Assembly: GCA_001275005.1 (NCBI GenBank)
Contig: JWZX01002966.1
Location: 1 to 37,972, forward strand
DNA length: 37,972 bases
Direction of reading: 5' to 3'
Source of the DNA: Chrysochromulina tobinii
Lineage: Eukaryota
Part shown: piece after piece, positions 7,371 through 15,951 of the stretch
Numbering within the stretch: position 1 is the stretch's first letter
Layout of the letters: each line of letters opens with the position of its first letter
The notes under the pieces: model-generated
Told to the model about the DNA's origin: nothing
Databases searched by the model: none
Seen by the model: only the letters and a program-made list of their open reading frames with translations
Program-made: the position numbers and the translations under genes

Positions 7371-9365
7371 ATGCGCGTCTCCTCGCGCGAAGCGATTCAG
7401 CTCGACGATGGGGATGATAATGACCTGCGTCTCGTGCCGGCGTCGCCGCCATGGATGCGGCGCTTGCGGCTTCTTTCTCCGATCTTAGTCCTTACGGCAG
7501 TTATGTTGATGACATTCCTGGTGATGCAGTTTTCTGTGTCTTCTTCGCCGGGGCCGCTCCAGCCACAACCGGCAGCGCCAGCAGCACCACCGCCGTTGCT
7601 GCTCCAGCCACCAACGGCATCACTACCAGCATCACCGGCAAACCCACGGCCACCAGCCCCGCCACGGCCCCCGCTGTCAGCTGTCAACACTTGGGACGAC
7701 TATGGCGCTCTCATGCCGCTTCTGACTGCCGACGAGCGCCTCTACTTCGTGGAAGCAAATCAGGCGCTCACTATCAATGTGCGTGCGCAGCTTCTCAGCC
7801 TGCTTACGGATGAGCCTCGCCTCGCCGCGGCATTGAGTGCTGCCAACTCCGCTGCGCGAAATGTGAGCCAACTAGACGCCATTGCTGCGGAGCTGTGTGA
7901 AACGATTGCTGCCGCCATTCCTTTCATCGGCCTCAACGGTATCAGCACCGCCATGGCCTCTGTCATCTGCTGCCCACTCACGGAGAGGTCCCTGGGGATG
8001 CCCGTGCTCATCGACGGAGTGGCTTCGTACGATTGGCTCCACGCGGTTGGCGCGTTTGGCACTGCGAACGCTCTGATCCCCGCACCATCATCGGCGGCGG
8101 CCGCCGCGCCGCTCGCCTCGCGGCTGCGGAGCACGCTTGCGATGGCGCTCCGCGCCAATTGGCCTGGATCCGAACAACCGCAGGAGGCTCCCATCCATGC
8201 CTACGTGTGGCAATACATGATCACTCGGCTGCGCCAAGGGGCGGTCCAAGGGGCGGTGTGGAATACGACGAAGTTCTGGGACGTCGGCTTCGACGTCTGC
8301 GGGACGAGCCTGAACGAGTGGTACTTCGTCCACTGCATGCATGGTTTGAGTCATGCGATGGTCCGGTACGTGATGGTGGCCGACTGGGGCACTGGAGCCG
8401 GGGCACCCGGGGCTGGAGCCGGGGTGCCGCTCAGCACGACGACGTCCCCGTCGGGACGTATCCAGTGCCGCAGTGCTCATCGTACAGCACACCTGAGTCG
8501 GTCGACACTCGAGCGCGCGCTTGAGTTGTGCTCCAGCGCGCCATCGGTCGGGCTCGCCCTCTACCTCGCGCTCGGCGTGTGGATGGACTACTTCGGTCAG
8601 AGGCACTCGCTGCCTGATGCGTACGCTGACGTGGCCGTCGACGCGCCAGCATGGCTTACGATCACAGGCATCTCCATCCTCGGGCCCTACGTGATGCGCG
8701 CACCCTGTGATCAGCAGTGGGCCAACTACTCTGGCTCGTGCTTCGCTCGTTTTTTCAACATTCGTGACCAAGTGAACGAAGGCACTACTCAACCGACGGT
8801 GTCGACCGAGTGGGAAGACGCCTCGCTCCCGCCGCTGGACGCCTCCCGGTCCAACCTCTCGGCGGCTGCATATCGCCTCCTCACCAGCTCAGATCAGAGG
8901 GACATCAGCCGCTGCCTCGCTGAGCCAATGGCCGAAGAGCGCAACCGGCGTGGCTGTATCTTCGGCCTCGCTCTCAACAAGTACCCCGATGGCCAAATCT
9001 GGAATGCGCCAGCGTCGATTTTCGAGAGCAGGCGTGCACTCGTCGCCTACTGCGGCATCTTTGTGGACCTACATAGTGCCGTCGACGCCGGCACGCACGA
9101 GCGAGAGCGCCAGCGCCTCCTCGCGTGTGTGAGTGGCAGCATGATCGGCATTGGCTACGGCACGGTTGCCGACCGGAGGGTACCTGGCTGGCTCGTCGAG
9201 GTGCACTGCGGGCAGCTTGTGGACGCTCCGGAACTCGCCTGGCTCGATGCTGCCGAGCGGCAGCATGCCGGGCACATCTGCTACGAAGCTGGCACGCAGT
9301 GCGCTGTCGCGAATTCGTGCTCGGAGCCGGCCGATGTCCTCAGCTTGTATGGCATGACGCTGTAG
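7371..9365 (+). CDS. Uncharacterised type II membrane-anchored protein with Pro-rich stalk and Cys/His-rich domain
   Basis: Long ORF (track 7248..9365; first ATG 7371). Hydrophobic LLSPILVLTAVMLMTFLVMQF, Pro-rich linker, then HAVG, HCMHGLSHA, GCIFG and CVSG motifs. Confidence 0.75.
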   Translation: MRVSSREAIQLDDGDDNDLRLVPASPPWMRRLRLLSPILVLTAVMLMTFLVMQFSVSSSPGPLQPQPAAPAAPPPLLLQPPTASLPASPANPRPPAPPRPPLSAVNTWDDYGALMPLLTADERLYFVEANQALTINVRAQLLSLLTDEPRLAAALSAANSAARNVSQLDAIAAELCETIAAAIPFIGLNGISTAMASVICCPLTERSLGMPVLIDGVASYDWLHAVGAFGTANALIPAPSSAAAAAPLASRLRSTLAMALRANWPGSEQPQEAPIHAYVWQYMITRLRQGAVQGAVWNTTKFWDVGFDVCGTSLNEWYFVHCMHGLSHAMVRYVMVADWGTGAGAPGAGAGVPLSTTTSPSGRIQCRSAHRTAHLSRSTLERALELCSSAPSVGLALYLALGVWMDYFGQRHSLPDAYADVAVDAPAWLTITGISILGPYVMRAPCDQQWANYSGSCFARFFNIRDQVNEGTTQPTVSTEWEDASLPPLDASRSNLSAAAYRLLTSSDQRDISRCLAEPMAEERNRRGCIFGLALNKYPDGQIWNAPASIFESRRALVAYCGIFVDLHSAVDAGTHERERQRLLACVSGSMIGIGYGTVADRRVPGWLVEVHCGQLVDAPELAWLDAAERQHAGHICYEAGTQCAVANSCSEPADVLSLYGMTL

Positions 9366-10214
9366 GAGCCGGGAAGTTCAGGAGGAAGCTTTTTCGGCTG
9401 TATCCACAGTTCGTAAGGCACACTCGTCGCATACCGGGACACACGTTGAAAGCAGATAAAGCTGTACACTCGACTGCGCGTTCACACGACAGCGTATCGT
9501 GTGCGCTCGGGCCTCGGCCTCGCTCCGCACGGCACCAGCACGTACGCCGCAAGCAGCACGTCCGGCGCGCGGCGGGCCCCGCGGAAGACGCCCCCGCCGC
9601 CTCGTTCGCCCCCCCCGCGGGCACGCCGCCCCCACGGCCCACCGCCCGGACGCGGAGGGGCTCGAGCGCAGCGGGCGAGGCCGCACGGGCGGGCGTGCGG
9701 GGTCGTGGTCCGGAGGGCGGAGCGCCGGCCGCCGTACCCGGCTTACCGTTACCCGGTACCCGCGGCTTTCAGAATCGAGAATAGCACCTCCGAGACTTCG
9801 CACGTCTGGACGTCAGTCCCTCGTCCGCCGAAAAAGAACCCGAACGTACGACGTTTATACGACGTACCGACCCGCGACGCGGCGTGTCGTACACGAGACG
9901 GTTTTATAGCAGACAGAGACGGACAGTATGGATATTCGTTACCGTGCTTTATGGATATCGCGCGTCGATGGTGCATCGTCGATGCCAGACGGCGCTCACT
10001 GGCTCGCGCAGTCGCGCTCCCCCCAGACTCCCTCTCGCCGCGCGGGCTGCGGCTCCCTCATGTGGGCTGCGCTCAGCATGAGCATCTGCGTCATCATCCT
10101 CGGGGGCGTCCTCCGTTTAGCAGAAGCAGCAGCAGCAGCAGTAGCATGAGTATTGTACGTAGCAGTAGTGGTCTCCTCGGGGGCTCTGGGGGCCGGCGCA
10201 GGCGAGCGCGCCAC

Positions 10215-11483
10215 TCAGTCGACGGGATCCCACTTGCCACCCTCCGGGCAGTAGAGCACGCCGCTGTGTGCCTCGACGGGCGGCGCGTTCCACACGTCGA
10301 AGCCCTCGAGCTTGGCAGCGGCGAGATGTGTCTCCTTTTGGCGCCGCGCCATGCCAGCTGCCGCCGCCGCCGCCGGGCTCGCCCCCGAGCGCTCCGCCTC
10401 GTCGACAGCCTCGGCCAGGGCTGCGGCGCCTGCGGCCTGCGCGTCCTCGTGGCGCGTCTTCAAAATGTGCTCGATTTCGTGCGCCTTGATATAATCCACC
10501 TTGTACGCGCACGTGTTGCCCTCGAAGGCCGCCGAGCGGCCGTGAGCGCGGCTCACATCCTCGCATACGAGATGCAGCTCATCGTTCGGCCGCAGCTGCT
10601 GCTGTTCGGCGTGCCGCAGCTTCTTCTCGCTCGTGCGGCCGTCGGGTCGCTTGCGCACGATGCGCGACGGGTTGTGCCCCACCGCGTCGATCTTGGCGAA
10701 TCCAAGTGACCACGCGTCCTCGGCTGACGTGAACCAGCGCCCGCTGTCGTCGCGTGCGTCTGAGAAGCGCAGCGAAATCTCCGCGTGCCGGCGCGAGACG
10801 CGAGGGTCCTGGATGCCCTGCCCATTGTCGACGACGCGCGTGGTGCGCCCGAGTAGCACCGAGCACGGCACCGACATGCGCCCACACGGGCGCACGATGT
10901 ACACCGGCCGACGCAGCCCCCCCCCCGGCCGCTCGCCCTTGCGCCCCCCCTTCTCCCACGCGTCGATAGCGTTGCGCATCCTCTCTGAGGGCTGCGGCCG
11001 CAGCACGAGCCCGCGCCGGCAGCGCTCGAGCTGAACGAGCTGGCGCGTCCATGAGCCCATTTTCTCGCCAAGCGGCACCGTCGGGGGTAGCTCCGCGCCC
11101 GTCTGTGCGACTGCCCGGCCGCGCATCGCCTCCTCAATGATCGACCGGCCGCCCTCATGTGTCGGGTAGGGGAAAGCGCGGCAGATGAGGGAGGCGCGGG
11201 CGACGGACTCGACGGTCGGCAGTAGTTCGATGATGTGCGCGAGTACGTCCGAAGGAATCTGCAGCAGCCGCGATTCCAGCTGGTTGGGCCCCGCCACTGG
11301 CCGCGGCCCCTCCTTGCGTGCCCGCTTTGTAGCGGGGGGGCCCTCCACAGATGTAAAGATGGACGAGACGGGCGAGTCGCGATCCGTCGACTGGCTGGAC
11401 GAGTACTGGCCGGACATGGTATCCTGCGACGACGAGCCGGCCGCCGCCGCAGCCGCCGCAGCAGCAGCCGAGCGTGTTAGCAT
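10215..11483 (-). CDS. F-box and FHA domain protein
   Basis: F-box-like LLQIPSDVLAHIIELLPTVESVARASLICRAF (~11175-11268). FHA-like VLLGR...IQDPRVSRRHAEI...VGHNPSRI...LRPNDELHL (~10570-10860). NLS-like PATKRARK. Start placed at MLTRS (11483); uncertain, an upstream ATG is possible. Confidence 0.75.
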   Translation of the reverse strand: MLTRSAAAAAAAAAAGSSSQDTMSGQYSSSQSTDRDSPVSSIFTSVEGPPATKRARKEGPRPVAGPNQLESRLLQIPSDVLAHIIELLPTVESVARASLICRAFPYPTHEGGRSIIEEAMRGRAVAQTGAELPPTVPLGEKMGSWTRQLVQLERCRRGLVLRPQPSERMRNAIDAWEKGGRKGERPGGGLRRPVYIVRPCGRMSVPCSVLLGRTTRVVDNGQGIQDPRVSRRHAEISLRFSDARDDSGRWFTSAEDAWSLGFAKIDAVGHNPSRIVRKRPDGRTSEKKLRHAEQQQLRPNDELHLVCEDVSRAHGRSAAFEGNTCAYKVDYIKAHEIEHILKTRHEDAQAAGAAALAEAVDEAERSGASPAAAAAAGMARRQKETHLAAAKLEGFDVWNAPPVEAHSGVLYCPEGGKWDPVD

Positions 11484-11875
11484 GATCGAGCGCGTGGAGA
11501 GCAGCAAGAAGGCGCGCTCGACAAAACACTCGTGACCGGACTCCGTGCAGGAGGTCTCGAGTCTTTCCACGTTTCGCGCGTTGTTAGACTGCGAATCTTT
11601 CTTCATTACGGAGTTTCGCTTTGCAGTTCCACCAGGTCGTTGGCAGCGGACGACCTTGCAAAACAGACTTCTCTCACACGACAAACTGAGCCAGAAGTCT
11701 CGCGGCTGCCTTGCATCTCAGGGAACCTGTGGAAAGCTGGAAACGATCCGCCCTGACGACGAAACACCTCTCTTTCCCCACTATACGCTGTTTGTCCCTC
11801 GGACTGTGCCGCTACATGTGCGCAGCGTTGTGAAGTAGTGAAGATGAGAGTTGGGATCCGCCGATCCGGATATGC

Positions 11876-11910
11876 GTCCCGGCTCCCCCCGGTGTCTTTT
11901 TACCGGTACG
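11876..11910. repeat. 35-bp dispersed repeat, exact reverse complement of 22686-22720
   Basis: gtcccggctccccccggtgtctttttaccggtacg here versus cgtaccggtaaaaagacaccggggggagccgggac at 22686-22720. Flanked by gatccgcc at 11855-11862 and 11912-11919. Confidence 0.9.
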
Positions 11911-11934
11911 AGATCCGCCTCGGCTTTCTGCACC

Positions 11935-12921
11935 ATGAGCCGGTCCAGCCTCTTGCCAATGGAGTTGAGCGACGCGCAGATCACCTCGATCAGCGGATCC
12001 GTCTCGGGATTCGCGGCCACCTTTGCGAAGCAGCCCATTCAGCGCATCAAGTGGATCCGTCAGGTGGATGCGGGCCCGTCCGTTCCATACATGGAGCTCG
12101 TCTACAGGACTGTGCGTGCAGATGGCATGCTCGGCCTCTTCAGAGGCTCCGTAGCGGGCATCATGCGTAACGTGCCGCACTCGGCGCTCGTCTACACGAT
12201 CTATCCCAAATTCGAGGCCATCGTCCTACAGCAGCAGCAGCAGCTTCAACTACAGCAACAGCCGCCACCGGCACCGGAGAGGCAGCCCACGACGGAAGGT
12301 GCTGCATCCTCGTCGATAAAGCCCGCAAGGCAGAAGGTGCAATTCTCGACGCGCTTCTGGGCCGGCTACGCGACGACGTTTTTTGCGACGCTCGTGACTC
12401 ATCCGCTCGACACGCTGCGCGTGCGCATCTCAGTGATGCACGGTGAGATGAGCACTCCGAGCATGATCCGCTCTGTGCTCGAGAGCGGTGGCCTGCGCAC
12501 GCTGTACCAAGGCTTTGGCGCCACGCTCATCGGCGCGGGCCCGCGCGGTGCTGTCGGCTTCGGCGTTTTCGAGACGCTCAAGGAGGTGTCGGAGAAGCGC
12601 AATCTGCTTGCTGACTTTCCCACCACGCGGAAGCTCCTGATTGGCTACTTCGCGGGCCTGTGCTCCGAGACGGCCATCTACCCTCTCGACACGGTGCGCA
12701 GGCGGCAGCAGGCGCTCGGCGACGCCTCGCCCGTCGGGCGGACGAGCAACGTGTTCAGCGCGCTCGCGCTGGTCGTGCGCAGCGAGGGCTTCATGGGGCT
12801 CTTCAAAGGACTCAGCCTTAACCTCATTAAGAACCCTATCGCGACCGCCGTCTCTTTTACGGTGAACGACGTCGTCAAGGACCAGCTCAAGAGGCAAGCG
12901 AGGCGCAAGGAAGGCATGTAG
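11935..12921 (+). CDS. Mitochondrial carrier family (SLC25) protein, adenine-nucleotide/CoA-carrier-like
   Basis: Three carrier repeats with signatures PIQRIK, PLDTLRVR and PLDTVRRRQQ, plus the DG..GLFRG, GLRTLYQG and EG..GLFKG motifs. Poly-Gln linker. ATG at 11935 (alternative 11959). Confidence 0.92.
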   Translation: MSRSSLLPMELSDAQITSISGSVSGFAATFAKQPIQRIKWIRQVDAGPSVPYMELVYRTVRADGMLGLFRGSVAGIMRNVPHSALVYTIYPKFEAIVLQQQQQLQLQQQPPPAPERQPTTEGAASSSIKPARQKVQFSTRFWAGYATTFFATLVTHPLDTLRVRISVMHGEMSTPSMIRSVLESGGLRTLYQGFGATLIGAGPRGAVGFGVFETLKEVSEKRNLLADFPTTRKLLIGYFAGLCSETAIYPLDTVRRRQQALGDASPVGRTSNVFSALALVVRSEGFMGLFKGLSLNLIKNPIATAVSFTVNDVVKDQLKRQARRKEGM

Positions 12922-13645
12922 AGCGCTGTGTAGAGCGCTGACTGGCAAACGAGCTGTGCTCATGCGGGCATTCACCGAGATAACTCCGAGATGACTCCGG
13001 TCGAACCGGATGACCATGGTCTGGAACCGTCTGCTGTGCGTGGTCGACAGGTCGTCGTGCGTCGCGCCTCTATGCCATTGTCGAGCCCAGCTACTCCACT
13101 TCAACCGCGCAGCATTACCTGCCCCGGTGCGAGCACAGACGGAGAGAGAGAGAGCGGAGCAGCGCGGAGAGATGCCGGCAGGCGACGGGCACACCGCACC
13201 CCACCGCCGCCGGCCTCCCGGGCGGCCCGCGCACCCCGGGGCACTCCCCGGCCGATGTTACTATGCCACACATACTGATAATACTCCCACTCAAGGCGCG
13301 GCACGTGCGGTGGGCCGCCTCGCCCTCGGCGGGCGACAAGGTCTACCAGTCACGCGAGAAATTTTTTCGGAGATTACAATTCACGTCGGTCCGATGGAAC
13401 GCGCTGCTTGAAGCCCCTCGGTCCTCGGCTGCGCGCGGCGGTCGGGCCGCACCGACAGGGGTGTGACATGCGTGTCCGTGTGCGGCGACCCCGATGCACA
13501 CGGATCGTCCAGCTCGGCGCCCGTGGGACCTCGCGCTACGATACCGCACAGCGTACCAGCTGCGGCAAGCAGGCCGATCGCGCACACGATCGCAGCACCG
13601 CCACTTCACGGGCTGAGGATGCCGCATGCCGCGTCGTCCCGCTGC

Positions 13646-14179
13646 TCAGACCAGAGGGTCTCGCAGGCCTGGTGTGGCTGCTGACCGCGCGGGGGGAGCC
13701 GCACCATCTGCGGTTGGCTCCTCATCGATGCCCGCCTGCGCCATCAGCTCGCCGATGGAGTTCTCGAGCTCGTCGATGCGATGACCCATCTCATCGACTG
13801 CGCGGCAGGAGTGACACAACAAGGAGTGAGAAAGGGTACCACCCAAAGGCGAGAAAGGAGGCGTTACGCACTGCGTCCGATGATGGCGTCGGACATGGTG
13901 GCGAAGCGACCCTGCATCTGCTGGAGCAGGTTTTGCACCTGTGATGGCACGGTGGAAAGGACACGTCGTCTAGGGAAATGAACGATTCACGTCACAGTGT
14001 GTATCAGCGGCACGCACGAAGATGGTAAGATCCTGGGTGCTCTGCGGCGCGTCGTCGTCCGCGCCCACTGGCAAGGCTGCACTCCGAGCGGCCTGCGAGA
14101 AATGTGGCGTGCGAACACATCCTGAGCGGTAGCGCGCAACGCGCGCGGTCGCAAACGGCCGGAGTTGAAGGCGCACCAT
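13646..14179 (-). CDS. HSBP1: Heat shock factor binding protein 1, 4 exons: complement(join(13646..13797,13872..13938,14018..14092,14177..14179))
   Basis: Splicing at GT-AG sites (donors GTGCGC, GTGCGT, GTGCGT; acceptors CAG) gives MAARSAALPVGADDDAPQSTQDLTIFVQNLLQQMQGRFATMSDAIIGRIDEMGHRIDELENSIGELMAQAGIDEE..., matching the HSBP1 consensus. Not present as a single ORF in the track. Confidence 0.92.
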
Positions 14180-14688
14180 GCTTCGTCTCTAAAGGCGCCG
14201 TCTTGTTTGGGCGAAAGTCTGAAAGTTCTGAGGGCTTCTGACAGTCGAGCTGGGGCCTCCTTTGGTCTGTGGCGAGCGTCCCCATCAACGCACCCCAGTG
14301 TAAACTTTCCCAGGACCCTTTGGTAGATGGGTCGTAGTGTAGTGAGCCAGTGACTGTCCACTGTGCGGGGTCCCGGCGTCCCGGGTGCCTCCAGGGTGCC
14401 GGGCGTCCGTTCTCAGAGAAACACCCCCCACCCCGTTCGGTCACGCTTCACGCTGTTGTGTGTTGAGCTCTGAAAATACGCCCGCGCCGTCTTTCATAAG
14501 GCGCTCCTCTTGGCTCCGCTTCTCTCCTTACTCTCCAACAGCACCACAGTGGACAGTCCGTGCCGCAGTCAGAGCTCACCCGGGTCCTGCGCAGGCTGCG
14601 CTGCACCCACAGAGCACACACACAGTCTCAGACTCTCAGTGTCCTCTCTCTTTCGCATGCTCTAACACTGTTCTTCTGCCTCATGTAG

Positions 14689-15312
14689 TCATGTTACTTG
14701 CCTCTGCGCCGTGACTGTGAAGCTCTGGAAATCGAACACGGCCACGTCGTCCTGCACGAACCGCACAGGGAACACGCTGAGGTCTTCGATGAAGCCCAGA
14801 CGCCCAAGTGCCTGAATTAGCGGACTGAACGCACCATCTTCAAATGCCGGATGAGATGTTGTCCCACTGGGTACCCACCAAATGCGGTCCCAGACTATTT
14901 TGACGGTGGGTCGTCCGGAATCAGCCACATTTTCGATCGTGCCATCTGTGCAGAGCCAGCCAGTACCGGGCAGGCCAGAGTAGCGTACGTAGCTCGCAAT
15001 TTCGCCGGACGGCCCCAAGACGTACTCGATAGGCGAGAACTTGGTGAACAGCACCGCTGAGAGCGTGTCTATGTGTGGTGCATTCACCACACGCCACGTA
15101 CCGGCCACTTGCTTCCAGTCAATGAGAGCCGGCAGACTGGCCTCCTCCACCAGCTCCTTGACTGCCAATGCCAAGGCGCCGTCCGAGCGTGGCGCCTCGG
15201 CAGCCACGAGCGAGCGCACGCGCTCGAGCGCGGGTAATGAAACGGGTTGCGACGAGACGCTGGCCGGCGTCGGTGGCACGAGCACTAACGCAGCGAAAAT
15301 AGGTGCGAACAT
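14689..15312 (-). CDS. PAP/fibrillin-like (plastid lipid-associated) protein
   Basis: ATG 15312 gives signal-peptide-like MFAPIFAALVLV. Helix LALAVKELVEE followed by VAGTWRVV and a beta-rich lipocalin-like body, as in PAP_fibrillin proteins. Confidence 0.55.
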   Translation of the reverse strand: MFAPIFAALVLVPPTPASVSSQPVSLPALERVRSLVAAEAPRSDGALALAVKELVEEASLPALIDWKQVAGTWRVVNAPHIDTLSAVLFTKFSPIEYVLGPSGEIASYVRYSGLPGTGWLCTDGTIENVADSGRPTVKIVWDRIWWVPSGTTSHPAFEDGAFSPLIQALGRLGFIEDLSVFPVRFVQDDVAVFDFQSFTVTAQRQVT

Positions 15313-15951
15313 AACCCCTCGTCGCCAATGGTGCTCTCCGTCTGCACGGCCTGGCGCTGGAGCACGTCTTGAACGTGCCTCGTGTCCAATAGCTTTGAGC
15401 TCTTGGCACACTTGCGACTTGGGCTTTTGCCACGTCCCTGAAGCCGTGGAACTCTGCTTGTGGCTTGTGAACGTTAACACGACAGACGCGACAACCGGTG
15501 CTTGTGTGAGCTAGTTGTAACCGCACACGTATGTACGCCGGTCCGGTGTCTTGGGTGTCGAATTACAAACATTCGCTGTGAACGCGCGGACTCTTTTTAC
15601 CTCGAACAGAGCTTCTTTTGATCCGTGCGGCTCCTCGAATGTTTGGGGGGCCCGCACGAAAGCGTTCAGTACCAAGAGGAGGAAACGTCCCCTCTTTTCG
15701 TTTCGTTTCAGGGCCCTCTCGGCCAGACCCCAGACACACGTCCCCTCGTCGTCTCGTATACATCTATTGCAGGACAGTAAGAAGTATTGTAACATTTCAC
15801 GAAGAGGATAGCACCGCGGGTCTGTTTTTAGAGGTGCGCTTTCTGCCTATGGCCCTATGCTCGCCGCGAGATTCCGGTAAGTCGGCGTCGGCAACCAAAC
15901 TTCCAACGCGAAACCGATCTGCCTCCAAAGGGAGGAGAGCGAGCGTGGACG

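Noticed and set aside
9996..10217. In-frame ORF continuing directly after the TGA of the F-box/FHA gene (possible selenocysteine or readthrough)
   Set aside because: No redox motif around the TGA, the extension is low-complexity, and no SECIS was recognised; open frames are common at this GC content.
15849..15951. Upstream ATG (MALCSPRDSG...) with a GTAAGT donor-like site as first exon of the ART gene
   Set aside because: Plausible, but it is in another frame and I could not fix a convincing acceptor; needs cDNA.
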